From: Bdellovibrio sp. | GTDB taxonomy: Bacteria > Bdellovibrionota > Bdellovibrionia > Bdellovibrionales > Bdellovibrionaceae | Length of the DNA stretch: 64,000 bases | Direction: 5' to 3' | Assembly (NCBI GenBank): GCA_036676395.1 | Contig: JAKFCY010000002.1 | Location: 768,001 to 832,000, forward strand | Shown here: piece after piece, positions 9,220-18,682 of the stretch | Position numbering within the stretch: the stretch's first letter is position 1 | Layout of the letters: each line of letters begins with the position of its first letter | Notes under the pieces: generated by a model | What the model was told of the DNA's origin: nothing | Databases searched by the model: none | The model's input: the letters and a program-made list of their open reading frames with translations, nothing else | Program-made: the position numbers and the translations under genes

Positions 9220-11463
9220 ATGCTGAAAAAAGTCGGAATGTCATTATTAGTAATACCACTGGTTATGGGAAACCTTGCCCATGCGGCTGATGGTATTTCA
9301 GGTCCTGGGCCGCAAGCTCAGCAAGCCGTAAATTTCGATCATGCAACTGATGCTAAGACTTCGATTTCACAGCAAATGGTTCTTTTTGAAATGCCACCTG
9401 AATATGAGTGTCCGCTATTTTCAAATTCTCCTTATACTGAAATTTTAAGTTCGTTAGATAGAATGCAAGAAAATTTAAATTCGACGTTTCCTCAGTGCGA
9501 TATGAAAGCGCAAAACGAAAAGGTCGCGCAAAAAGCGGTGGCTTTAAGAAATTCAGTATTTGAAGCTAAAAAATTACAAGAATCGGGTCAGACTTTTAAA
9601 TTAGAAATGACGGCGCAAACGATGGTGGATGCCGCTCAAAAAATTCAAGAGACGTTGGCTTTGGCTGCACAATCACAAACGAAGGTTTGTTACCGAAGCA
9701 ACCAACAATTTAGAAATGTAGTTTTCTCGATTAATGAAACGTTTCAAGGTATTGCTCCCGTTGTTCTTGATATGATTGCAAAAAATCCAGTTTTAGGGGC
9801 TAAGCTTGGCCCAGCAGTCAAAATTTTAGCTGGTGCTGATGCGCTTTCTAAAGGTTTAGGTTTTGTCGAGCAAATCGCTCAAGATTCAATTATGTTTGAT
9901 ATGACTGATCAAAATAATCGTGTAAACACTTTGAAAAACGTTTGTCAGTACATGAAGCTTTACCGTCGTCTTGATTACATGCGCAGTCTTAAACTTGGAC
10001 AAATTCAATCAGTGTACGCCGGCTACCAAAGTCGGATTCGTGATTTAAATCAAAATATCACAGATTACCGCCGTAAAAACAGCATGTCTGTATCGCCAAC
10101 CAACGCAGCTGCTGTAAAACAACAGGCCTTTGAATTGGCAGGTATTGATGAATCTGATCCAAATTATCAGTTATTCAAGAGCTTGAAAACTTTATTGCCG
10201 GATGAGCTTAATAAATTACAAAAAGCACAATACGATCTTGAGCTAGCGGCAAAAGATCTTCAGCGTCCTGAAGTGGCTCAGTGCCAACTTATTCAGTCAT
10301 CTAAGCTTTCAGTGACTTACAAAAAGACCTTAGAAAAACTTATTGAATTTAGCATGACTTGGGCTGACCAAATGGGTGGATCGCCAGATTCAGCGGCGGC
10401 CATTGAAGTTTTAAAAAGCCAGTTAGATGCTTATGATGAATACTTCGCTGAAGCAAAAGCATCTAAAAATCTTATTGAGTGTGTGAAGCTTGGCCAAGAC
10501 TGGATTAAAATTTCTTTAGAATTATTAAGTACAGGTCAAAAGATCGTTCACATGTTTGCGCAAGAGCAGGCTGAATTACAAACTGAAAAAGATTCTATTA
10601 AAGAAAAAAGTTTATCTAAAAAAGAACGTGAAAAACAAAACGTACAAACTAACTTAGCTAGTTTAAAATCTATGATGCAATATGCGGCTTTTGAATCTAG
10701 CGAGATTGAAAAGCGCGCTAAAGATATGCACCGTTATTTCTTTCGCGGTCCATTTTACAATGAAGTTAAATCGGCTTGTTCGGATGATCCAAATTGTGGC
10801 TGGTGGCAAAAAACTGTGGGCGGAGTAAAAGCCGCTTACCAGTGGCAGCGTAATAATGGTCCAATTTACGAATTACTTCGTAACAATGACCAACATTTTA
10901 ATAATGCCTACAATCAGATGAATGAAGCGCGCGCGAAACTAAATGTGTTTGAATATCAATTCGCTAAAGCTGACTACAAAGGTGTAACTAAAATGGGAAC
11001 GATGGAGGCCATTTTAGCTCGTGGAAAATTATACGGTCAGCGGTTAACGCATTTATCTTTGAAATATATTAAAAAAGGAAGTCCTACGCATCAAAATCTT
11101 TGTATGAATGCGCGCCAAGTGTTGGATAAATACTTAGTAGCTTCGACCCACATGATGAGCAGCCAAGCGCTTTGTAATATGGTGTATCCGGCTTTAAAAG
11201 AAAATAATGTCGCATCAGCTTTGCGTGACTATTGTATTCCGCGTGCAGGACGTACTGAGGCCACTGATAAGGCTTCAAAACTGCAACAGTTAATTTACAC
11301 TTTAATTGGTGAGGGTGAAGGCAAAACACGTTGGGTAGTCTACTTTGGCGATACTCAGGCGCGCCAAATTGATGTCAGCAATGAAAATTCACCGAAAGCT
11401 CTAGTTGATAAACTGATCGAAAAATACGACAATCTTGAGTGTGAACAAAAATCTGGTTTTTAA
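9220..11463 (+). CDS. Large secreted helical/coiled-coil hypothetical protein
   Basis: GGAGG RBS before ATG 9220; signal peptide ending in AHA; spaced Cys; helical composition. Confidence 0.8.
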   Translation: MLKKVGMSLLVIPLVMGNLAHAADGISGPGPQAQQAVNFDHATDAKTSISQQMVLFEMPPEYECPLFSNSPYTEILSSLDRMQENLNSTFPQCDMKAQNEKVAQKAVALRNSVFEAKKLQESGQTFKLEMTAQTMVDAAQKIQETLALAAQSQTKVCYRSNQQFRNVVFSINETFQGIAPVVLDMIAKNPVLGAKLGPAVKILAGADALSKGLGFVEQIAQDSIMFDMTDQNNRVNTLKNVCQYMKLYRRLDYMRSLKLGQIQSVYAGYQSRIRDLNQNITDYRRKNSMSVSPTNAAAVKQQAFELAGIDESDPNYQLFKSLKTLLPDELNKLQKAQYDLELAAKDLQRPEVAQCQLIQSSKLSVTYKKTLEKLIEFSMTWADQMGGSPDSAAAIEVLKSQLDAYDEYFAEAKASKNLIECVKLGQDWIKISLELLSTGQKIVHMFAQEQAELQTEKDSIKEKSLSKKEREKQNVQTNLASLKSMMQYAAFESSEIEKRAKDMHRYFFRGPFYNEVKSACSDDPNCGWWQKTVGGVKAAYQWQRNNGPIYELLRNNDQHFNNAYNQMNEARAKLNVFEYQFAKADYKGVTKMGTMEAILARGKLYGQRLTHLSLKYIKKGSPTHQNLCMNARQVLDKYLVASTHMMSSQALCNMVYPALKENNVASALRDYCIPRAGRTEATDKASKLQQLIYTLIGEGEGKTRWVVYFGDTQARQIDVSNENSPKALVDKLIEKYDNLECEQKSGF

Positions 11464-12631
11464 TTTTAGTTTAGTGAATGAAAATTTCGATGGTCATACA
11501 CCGAAAATGGCGATGATCATCGAAAATGGTTTGATCGCATGGCTTGGTCCGCAAAATAAAATCCCTAAAAAAAATAAATTCAAAAAAGAAATCGATTTGA
11601 AAAAGAAAAAGGTTTTGCCGGCCTTTATCGAATGCCACACGCATTCACTGTTTGCCGGCTCACGTGCAGATGAATTCGAGCTGCGCAATAACGGTGTAAG
11701 TTACTTAGAAATTGCTAAAAAGGGTGGGGGAATCCTATCCACCATGAAAAAGACCAGAACAGCTTCTGCTAAAGAGCTCTTAGCCAGCACGCAAGAGCGT
11801 GTGAATAACTTTATCAGACAAGGTGTGGCTACTGTCGAGATTAAATCTGGCTATGCTCTGGATTTGAAAAATGAAATCAAGTCTTTAGAGGTTATTAACA
11901 AAATTAAAACGGCGCGGGTGATTCCTACTTTTTTAGGAGCACACGCGAAGCCTCCTGAGTATGATTCTTACAGAAAATATTTAGAGTATTTAGCTAAAGA
12001 AGTTTTACCTATCGTAAAAAAGAAAAAGCTTTCAAACCGCGTTGATATTTTTATTGAGAAAAATTTTTTCGAAGTTCCAGAAGCGCAAACTTATTTAGCT
12101 GCGGCAAAAAGACTTGGCTTTGAAGTTACGATTCACGCCAATCAGTTATCGTTATCTGGCGGGGCAGAGCTGGCATTAGAATTACAGGCTCAATCTGCAG
12201 ATCATGTGATTCACTTAACCGATGAAACGATTCAATACTTTGCGCGCGGTAAAACTGTGGCCGTATTATTACCAGCGGCCGACTTATATATGAAGTGTCC
12301 GTATCCACCAGCGCGCAATTTAATAGATAGTGGTGCGACAGTTGCACTGGCTACAGATTATAACCCTGGGAGTTGCCCGACGCAGGATCTATCTTTGGTG
12401 GGATTACTTGCGCGTTTAGAAATGAAGATGACCTTGTCTGAAGTTTTTAAAGCTTACACAATCAATGCCGCATGCGCTTTAGGGATTGACCATGAAGAAG
12501 GGTCATTGGCTGTTGGTAAAAGAGCTAATTTTATTTGCACTGATGCAGAGCTTTCTGACTTTTTCTATTCAGCAGGTGCAATGCCAAGTCATCAACTTTT
12601 CATTCGTGGAAAGCCAACTTTAGTCGAGTAA
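11435..12631 (+). CDS. hutI: Imidazolonepropionase
   Basis: PAFIECHTH, EIKSGY, TFLGAH, HANQL, ATDYNPGS amidohydrolase motifs. Confidence 0.93.
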   Translation: MSVNKNLVFNFSLVNENFDGHTPKMAMIIENGLIAWLGPQNKIPKKNKFKKEIDLKKKKVLPAFIECHTHSLFAGSRADEFELRNNGVSYLEIAKKGGGILSTMKKTRTASAKELLASTQERVNNFIRQGVATVEIKSGYALDLKNEIKSLEVINKIKTARVIPTFLGAHAKPPEYDSYRKYLEYLAKEVLPIVKKKKLSNRVDIFIEKNFFEVPEAQTYLAAAKRLGFEVTIHANQLSLSGGAELALELQAQSADHVIHLTDETIQYFARGKTVAVLLPAADLYMKCPYPPARNLIDSGATVALATDYNPGSCPTQDLSLVGLLARLEMKMTLSEVFKAYTINAACALGIDHEEGSLAVGKRANFICTDAELSDFFYSAGAMPSHQLFIRGKPTLVE

Positions 12632-12719
12632 TTCCTCTTCAAATTACACGTGGCGTCTTAAAATTTAAGATTCTTACATTTTTGTTGTATAAGGGGTGCA
12701 GTCTTTCTAGGCTCACGTT

Positions 12720-13139
12720 ATGGCAGCAAGTTATTCTTCTTTTTTAACGACGCAATATTATAGTCCGGTATTTAATACCGCTTTATTCGATGGCCCTTTT
12801 CGAATTTATTTTTCGCAAAGTTATGAGTCTGTCGCTTTAAAGATTTATCACTTACTGCAAACCCAGGATTTAGGGCTTTGGACTGAATATAAAAAATGGT
12901 CTGAAAAAACTAAAAAGCACGCTTTCATTTTAATTTACCCATCGTCTCAAGACTTAGCTGTCGCTTTTGATGGTGAAGCACAAGCTCCTTTAATGAATCG
13001 TCTTTGGGATGAAGGCTTGATTCTGGGCTTTGCCAATTCTCACTCAGATGATGCTTTTTCGGTAATTTACCAAAGCATTCTGACTCAACTTAAGAATTTT
13101 ATCGCTACAGAAAAAACCAATCTGAATTTACAATTCTAA
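12720..13139 (+). CDS. Hypothetical protein
   Basis: 139-aa ORF with TTGTAT-N17-TAGGCT immediately upstream. Confidence 0.7.
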   Translation: MAASYSSFLTTQYYSPVFNTALFDGPFRIYFSQSYESVALKIYHLLQTQDLGLWTEYKKWSEKTKKHAFILIYPSSQDLAVAFDGEAQAPLMNRLWDEGLILGFANSHSDDAFSVIYQSILTQLKNFIATEKTNLNLQF

Positions 13140-13190
13140 AACGTCACATTAATCCTGTTGTTTTCGAAAATTTGTTCTTATACTTAGAGT

Positions 13191-13415
13191 ATGCGCTTTA
13201 ATAGTCGTGGACAGGTTATTGTCGAATATTTATTAATCATGGTTCTTATGGTGGCGATCGCCGCGACAGTGACTAAAAATTTAGTGGGCCGCGGTGATGA
13301 TGGCAATCAAGGTGTTATCGTCAAAGCTTGGAGCCGCATGGTTAAAGCTATCGGAAATGATTTACCAGATTGCGCCAAACAGCAGAACTTCAACACAGCG
13401 AATTGTCCTAATTAG
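13191..13415 (+). CDS. Flp/Tad-like (type IVb) prepilin
   Basis: Class III signal RG|QVIVEY (Glu +5, Tyr +6), hydrophobic helix, C-terminal Cys pair. Confidence 0.75.
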   Translation: MRFNSRGQVIVEYLLIMVLMVAIAATVTKNLVGRGDDGNQGVIVKAWSRMVKAIGNDLPDCAKQQNFNTANCPN

Positions 13416-13426
13416 GTAGGCCGTCC

Positions 13427-13455
13427 CTTTTTCGGGAGCAGCGCTTCCCAAAAAG
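13427..13455. terminator. Hairpin between convergent genes
   Basis: CTTTTTCGGGAG...CTTCCCAAAAAG imperfect stem. Confidence 0.45.
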
Positions 13456-13465
13456 TAACGCCTTA

Positions 13466-14236
13466 CTAAATAAAGCCGAAACCGCGTTTTTTAACTTCGA
13501 TGTTTATTCTTTTTTGCAGATTCTCTTGAATCTCGGTGGCTAATTCATGACAAAGTTCAGAATCACTCATTTTGTCTGGGCCAAATGGCAAAGTGACTGG
13601 TTTTTCGAAAATAATTTTCCACTTTGCAGGCAGGGGAATCACATTCAGAGGAAGCGGTAATACTAAACCACGTAAAAATTTTGAAAACTTAAGCTGGCGC
13701 AAATTAATATTTGTCTCTTCGGCGCCTAAGATCACCGTCGGAACAATCGTCGCATCGGTGGCTAGAGCCATGCGAATAAAGCCGCGTTTGAATTCTTGCA
13801 GCTGATAGCGCTTCGAAGTGGGTTTGAAATTACCATGTTCACCTTCAGGAAAAATCACGATCATTTGTTTTTTCTTTAGATAATTCACGCCGTTTTCAAA
13901 AGTCGCCTCGAAAAAACCAAGTTTTTGCGCAGGGAGTGCTGTGGTTTCAGTTAAAAACCATAAATGATGGGTAAGAACTCTCGGAACCCGCTGAGTTTTT
14001 TCTTGAATAATGTAAGCTAGTACCATGGCATCCATTGCGGTAAAGCCTGAATGATTTGGGGCTATGATTATTGGTCCGCTGGTGGGGATATTTTCTACGC
14101 CTTCAACTTGAATGCGAAAATATTTTTTTAAAATCTCCATGAAAAGGCGCGGAAAAACTTTATATAGCAACTCGTCAGCACCGAGTGACTTTAAATTGAA
14201 TACTTTTTCGTTGGGTTTTTTTAAAAAATTGATCAT
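13466..14236 (-). CDS. Lysophospholipid acyltransferase (PlsC-like)
   Basis: NHSGFTAMD (HxxxxxD-type), FPEG motif; start set at 14236 to avoid overlapping glpK. Confidence 0.85.
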   Translation of the reverse strand: MINFLKKPNEKVFNLKSLGADELLYKVFPRLFMEILKKYFRIQVEGVENIPTSGPIIIAPNHSGFTAMDAMVLAYIIQEKTQRVPRVLTHHLWFLTETTALPAQKLGFFEATFENGVNYLKKKQMIVIFPEGEHGNFKPTSKRYQLQEFKRGFIRMALATDATIVPTVILGAEETNINLRQLKFSKFLRGLVLPLPLNVIPLPAKWKIIFEKPVTLPFGPDKMSDSELCHELATEIQENLQKRINIEVKKRGFGFI

Positions 14237-14245
14237 GATATTTCT

Positions 14246-15730
14246 ATGAAAAAATATATCATGGCCATCGATCAAGGAACAACCGGTTCAACAGTCATTT
14301 TAGTGGATCAAGGCGGAGGTCTGGTCGCATCTAGTGATCAGGATTTTCCGCAACACTATCCGAAACCTGGTTGGGTTGAGCATGATCCTCGTGATATTTG
14401 GGAATCTGTCTCTCAATCGGCGCGTAAAGCATTAAGTAAGATTCAGGCGAGCCCCGGTGATGTTTTAACAATAGGTATCACGAATCAACGTGAAACCGTT
14501 GTGGCTTGGCGTAAATCAAATTCTGAAGTGTTACACAATGCCATTGTGTGGCAATGTCGTAGAACTACCGAGATGTGCAATAAGCTTCGTCCAACGTGGC
14601 AGAAAAAAATCAAAGATAAAACAGGTCTGGTGCTGGATCCTTATTTTTCGGCCAGCAAAATGCGTTGGTTAATTGAAAATGTTCCAGCGGTTAAAAAAGC
14701 TTTAAATGATGATGATTTAGCCTTCGGTAACATGGACACATTTTTAATGTGGAAATTAACTTCAGGAAAAACTTTCGCCACAGATGTAAGTAATGCCTCT
14801 CGCACGATGTTAATGAATTTAAAAACCTTAGCTTGGGATAAAGATTTATTAAAATTATTTAAAGTTCCTCTTTCTGCATTACCAGAAATTAAATCATCAG
14901 CCGGAGCTTTTGGTGTTACCCAAAATGCTGGTTTTGTTGTTGATGGCACTCTGATTTCTGGAGTTGCCGGAGACCAGCAGGCAGCTCTTTTTGGTCAGGC
15001 TTGTTACACGGCTGGTGAAAGTAAATGCACGTTTGGAACCGGCAGTTTTATCTTGATGAATTCAGGAACGAAAATTTTAAAATCAAAATCAAACTTACTG
15101 ACAACGGTAGCGTGGAAAATTAAAGATCAACCCGCGCAGTACGCTCTTGAGGGTGGAGCCTTTATTTGTGGCGCTGCAGTTCAATGGTTACGTGATGGTT
15201 TAGGATTAATTGAATCAAGTGCTGAAGTCGAAAAACTAGCTGCCGAAGTTCCGAACACGAACGGTGTTGAATTTGTTCCAGCGCTTACAGGCCTTGGCGC
15301 GCCTCACTGGAAGCCAGAGGCTCGCGGCGAATTAACTGGTTTAACCCGCGGGACGACAAAGTCTCACATTGCCCGCGCCACCTTAGAGGCAATGGCCTTA
15401 CAAAATGCAGATATTTTGATAGCGATGCAAAAAGATTTAGGTAAAAAAATTAAAAAATTACGCGTTGATGGCGGGGCCTCGGCAAATAATTTATTAATGC
15501 AACTACAGGCTGATTATTTACAAACACAAGTTGATCGGCCTCAACAAATCGAAACCACTTCAATGGGAGCTGCTTACTTAGCTGGAATAGGCGCGGGGGT
15601 TTGGAATTCGACGGCCGAAATTAATAAAATCTGGAAAATCGATCGTTCGTTTAATGCGACGATTAAGAAAAAAGACTTAACGGCACGACAAAAATCGTGG
15701 GCTAAGGCGATAAAAAAAGTGTTAGTTTAA
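14246..15730 (+). CDS. glpK: Glycerol kinase
   Basis: IDQGTTG, TNQRET, GDQQAALFGQ, RVDGG. Confidence 0.97.
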   Translation: MKKYIMAIDQGTTGSTVILVDQGGGLVASSDQDFPQHYPKPGWVEHDPRDIWESVSQSARKALSKIQASPGDVLTIGITNQRETVVAWRKSNSEVLHNAIVWQCRRTTEMCNKLRPTWQKKIKDKTGLVLDPYFSASKMRWLIENVPAVKKALNDDDLAFGNMDTFLMWKLTSGKTFATDVSNASRTMLMNLKTLAWDKDLLKLFKVPLSALPEIKSSAGAFGVTQNAGFVVDGTLISGVAGDQQAALFGQACYTAGESKCTFGTGSFILMNSGTKILKSKSNLLTTVAWKIKDQPAQYALEGGAFICGAAVQWLRDGLGLIESSAEVEKLAAEVPNTNGVEFVPALTGLGAPHWKPEARGELTGLTRGTTKSHIARATLEAMALQNADILIAMQKDLGKKIKKLRVDGGASANNLLMQLQADYLQTQVDRPQQIETTSMGAAYLAGIGAGVWNSTAEINKIWKIDRSFNATIKKKDLTARQKSWAKAIKKVLV

Positions 15731-15864
15731 AGTCACTATATCGTCCAAGATCAAAACAATACGTATTGAAATCTAGTTTTGAAACATTCCATTCTGGACC
15801 TGTCCTATAAAGTCGTAGCCGGACAGGTGGCCCTTCTTTTAAAATTAAGTAAAAGGAAGTTTTT

Positions 15865-16761
15865 ATGAAAAAATGGATGTTCATTATTATATCGTTAAGT
15901 TTAATTTCTTTTTCTTGTAAGAAAAAAATTGAAGACGAGGCGGCGACGGCTTCACTAGAGACTGAAGAGATTGCGCAGCAAGTCGGTGAAACTATGGCAG
16001 CAATTGATGAAGCCGGTGGTTCATCGGGCCAATTTGCATTTATGAAATCGCAGTTAAGAACTTTTGCGCGTGTTACGCCAAATGCATTAGAAAAACCAAG
16101 TTTAATGTCTTTAATTATGCCCACAGCAGAAGCGGCTACGTGTGCTGTAGGACAGACTTTTTCTGGTTGTGTTAGTAATGTAGTTACCCGTAATTTTAAT
16201 AACTGCACGATTGGTACAGCAACAGTGAGCGGCTCTGTAACCTTAACCTATTACGATGCAGGTGTTGATAACACTTGTTCTATGGCTGTTGCGCCAGATC
16301 AAGTTCATCGTAATCCAAATTTTACAGTTTCAACTCCAAGTGGAGCTGTTTTAAGTGTTACAAAAACTTCTACGTGGGGGCAATCAGTTGCTAAGGTATC
16401 TTCTCACTTATTTCGTATCGACAACGATGGTATCAATCGTAAGTTAACATTCAACGGTGCTACATTAATTGATATTACAACGACAATTCCAAACCATATC
16501 ACGGTTTCTGGCGTAGCGCGTGCTGGCCGTACAATGAATGGCGGAGAGGTTTTTACAACTAACAATCTGACTGGTAAAACATGCAGTTTGGTTCCGACAA
16601 ATGTGACATGGAACGGAAGCTGTAACTGTGCGATTTCGGGTAGCTGGTCAGGAAGCTGCAGCGACGGAAACATGGCGACAGTTGATATCACAGGTTGCGG
16701 AACTGCCGATATCACTATCAACGGCGAAGGTAAATCAATTACATTCGATCGTTGCTACTAA
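15865..16761 (+). CDS. Cys-rich, beta-rich lipoprotein
   Basis: AAGGA RBS; lipobox SFS|C at residue 18; Thr/Gly/Cys-rich C-terminal domain. Confidence 0.8.
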   Translation: MKKWMFIIISLSLISFSCKKKIEDEAATASLETEEIAQQVGETMAAIDEAGGSSGQFAFMKSQLRTFARVTPNALEKPSLMSLIMPTAEAATCAVGQTFSGCVSNVVTRNFNNCTIGTATVSGSVTLTYYDAGVDNTCSMAVAPDQVHRNPNFTVSTPSGAVLSVTKTSTWGQSVAKVSSHLFRIDNDGINRKLTFNGATLIDITTTIPNHITVSGVARAGRTMNGGEVFTTNNLTGKTCSLVPTNVTWNGSCNCAISGSWSGSCSDGNMATVDITGCGTADITINGEGKSITFDRCY

Positions 16762-16822
16762 AATAAAAAAATGGCCATCAAGTATTCATGACGGCCATAT
16801 AGTTCTATTAAATAGTTCTAAT

Positions 16823-16848
16823 AATCGCGGGAGGGGCCCGCGATTTTT
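16823..16848 (+). terminator. Intrinsic terminator
   Basis: AATCGCGGG-N5-CCCGCGATT followed by T tract. Confidence 0.7.
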
Positions 16849-16858
16849 GTTTTTAAAA

Positions 16859-18601
16859 CTATTGAATATATAAATCTGTAGAAACAGCAAACGGTGTTGG
16901 GTTGCTCAAGTTTGAAGAGCTGACCGAACGTTTAACGTCTACTTGTACGCGAATTTGCGCTCCAGCTTTTAAAATTGAAGAAGCTTTGCTTCCTAATAAT
17001 TTAGCTAAGGTCACTTCACCGTTAGCTGCTTGTGCTTGTTCGCGGCTTACAGTTTGTGGCGTGTTGATTGCGCGTAATTTACCGTTTTTCACTTCGAATA
17101 AGCTTAATACGTACTTAGTACTTACTTCGCTAAATTGTTCAGTGCTGTCAGATAATTTGATGTATGCATTTACACCTTGTTGGTTTGGAGCAGTTAATTC
17201 TACTTTAGAAGAATCAGATAAAATCTGAATATCTTCAGAAGTTAAAACACGGCGGTCATAAACTGCTGTGCTAGAAAAAGATAACTGACCATTAGCAATC
17301 ACAGAACCGATACGAGTTGTTTTAACAACGGCCTTGATTTTTGTGTGAGCGCCAATTTGAGCTTGTACGATTAAACCAGTTTTTCCGTTAGCTAATGAAG
17401 TAGCAATACCTTGCTCGATTAAAGCATCAGTCGCTAAATCACGAACTTCAATCTCTGAAGTTGTTTGAACTTTAGAGTGAGTTATTGAATCCGAAAAGCT
17501 GACTACGAATTGATTTAAAAGCGGTGAGTACACAACTTGTAAACCTTTAAGTGATGAAGTTCCAGCATTTGCAGAATCAAATAGTGGTGTTAAACCTAAT
17601 TGCACGTTGATCACTTCGCCAGATTGCGATTGAGAAATCACTTTGTATCCATATAATGAATTCACAGTGGCAACAGTTACTTGGCCCGGTTGAGCTGAAG
17701 TTAAAGTTACTTTTAAAGTTTCAGATTCGTGTGAAGCAAGAACAGCGTCTTGTGGAAAAGAAACTACAACTTGGAATTGTAACTGACGGTCAAACACAGT
17801 TTGTGTTTCAGTTTTGCAACATTTTGTTTCTTCACGGTATTTAGTTACAGTGCGAGTGCGGGTCTCATCACGGTATTTAGTTTCGTCACGGTAACGAGTC
17901 ACTTCTTTTTGGTAAGGTACGCGCACGTTTCCGCACTGTTGTTCAGAGTATGGAACTTGAACGTTACGGCATTCTCTATCAGTGTATGGAACTTGGTGGT
18001 CGCGGCATTCTTGACGAGTGTAAGGAACGTTATTGCAAACTTGTTGGTTTTCGCAACGCTGAGTTGGACCAGTTCCGCTATCACATACGCGACGAGTTTT
18101 ACAAACTTGTTGCCCGTGAGCATTTGTACCACATTCAGTCACATCACGGCATTGGCCCGGTTCGCCAGGAACTAAGTAACATTTTTGTTCGTTACGGCAT
18201 TCTCTGCGGTAGTCAGTTACATTTTGGCAACGGCGTTCATTGCGGTAACGAGTTACGTTTTCACAACGTTGTTCGTTGCGGTAACGTGTTACAGTTTCAC
18301 AGCGATATTCATCGCGGTATTCAGTTACATAATCAGTATAAGGAACTTGAACAGTGTACGGAACTTGAACTGTGTAAGTTTCTTCGACCTGATAAGGTAC
18401 CTGAACTGTGTACGGCACTTGCACTTGTTCTTGGCGAAATAAATTTTTCGACAAGAGTACAGTGGCTTGGTGAGCGCTCGTTGCCGTGCGCGTAATAACT
18501 TGAGCTGTTTGCTCAGACGGTGCCGAATTGGCTGTAGCACTCACGCTTAATGCGGTGATGGCTGCAACAAATAAAGGCAAAAACTTTTTAAACTGGATCA
18601 T
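16859..18601 (-). CDS. Secreted protein with VPY/TxYR repeats and a mirror-symmetric Cys ladder (YTV-like), followed by beta-rich C-terminal domains
   Basis: Signal peptide; VQVPYT and TRYRNE/TKYRDE repeats; 14 symmetric Cys. Confidence 0.85.
   Translation of the reverse strand: MIQFKKFLPLFVAAITALSVSATANSAPSEQTAQVITRTATSAHQATVLLSKNLFRQEQVQVPYTVQVPYQVEETYTVQVPYTVQVPYTDYVTEYRDEYRCETVTRYRNEQRCENVTRYRNERRCQNVTDYRRECRNEQKCYLVPGEPGQCRDVTECGTNAHGQQVCKTRRVCDSGTGPTQRCENQQVCNNVPYTRQECRDHQVPYTDRECRNVQVPYSEQQCGNVRVPYQKEVTRYRDETKYRDETRTRTVTKYREETKCCKTETQTVFDRQLQFQVVVSFPQDAVLASHESETLKVTLTSAQPGQVTVATVNSLYGYKVISQSQSGEVINVQLGLTPLFDSANAGTSSLKGLQVVYSPLLNQFVVSFSDSITHSKVQTTSEIEVRDLATDALIEQGIATSLANGKTGLIVQAQIGAHTKIKAVVKTTRIGSVIANGQLSFSSTAVYDRRVLTSEDIQILSDSSKVELTAPNQQGVNAYIKLSDSTEQFSEVSTKYVLSLFEVKNGKLRAINTPQTVSREQAQAANGEVTLAKLLGSKASSILKAGAQIRVQVDVKRSVSSSNLSNPTPFAVSTDLYIQ
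17810..18424 (-). repeat. Imperfect coding repeats (6- and 12-residue units) forming the putative hairpin
   Basis: VQVPYT repeats, RCENVTRYRNE-type 12-mers and TKYRDE repeats. Confidence 0.85.
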
Positions 18602-18634
18602 TGTGTCCCCCTTTTATTGAACGGGAGACTTAAG

Positions 18635-18650
18635 AGCAACAAGAGTGCCG
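18635..18650 (-). promoter_or_regulatory. Sigma-54-type -24/-12 promoter
   Basis: CGGCACTCTTGTTGCT (GG-N10-GC), 34 bp upstream of the 18601 start. Confidence 0.65.
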
Positions 18651-18682
18651 AAAATTGTCGTCACTAAATGGTGATAAAGTGA

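Noticed and set aside
17801..18540. Alternative-frame ORFs over the VPY repeat region; possible CRISPR-like periodicity
   Set aside because: Periodicity comes from degenerate in-frame peptide repeats; there are no identical repeats with unique spacers
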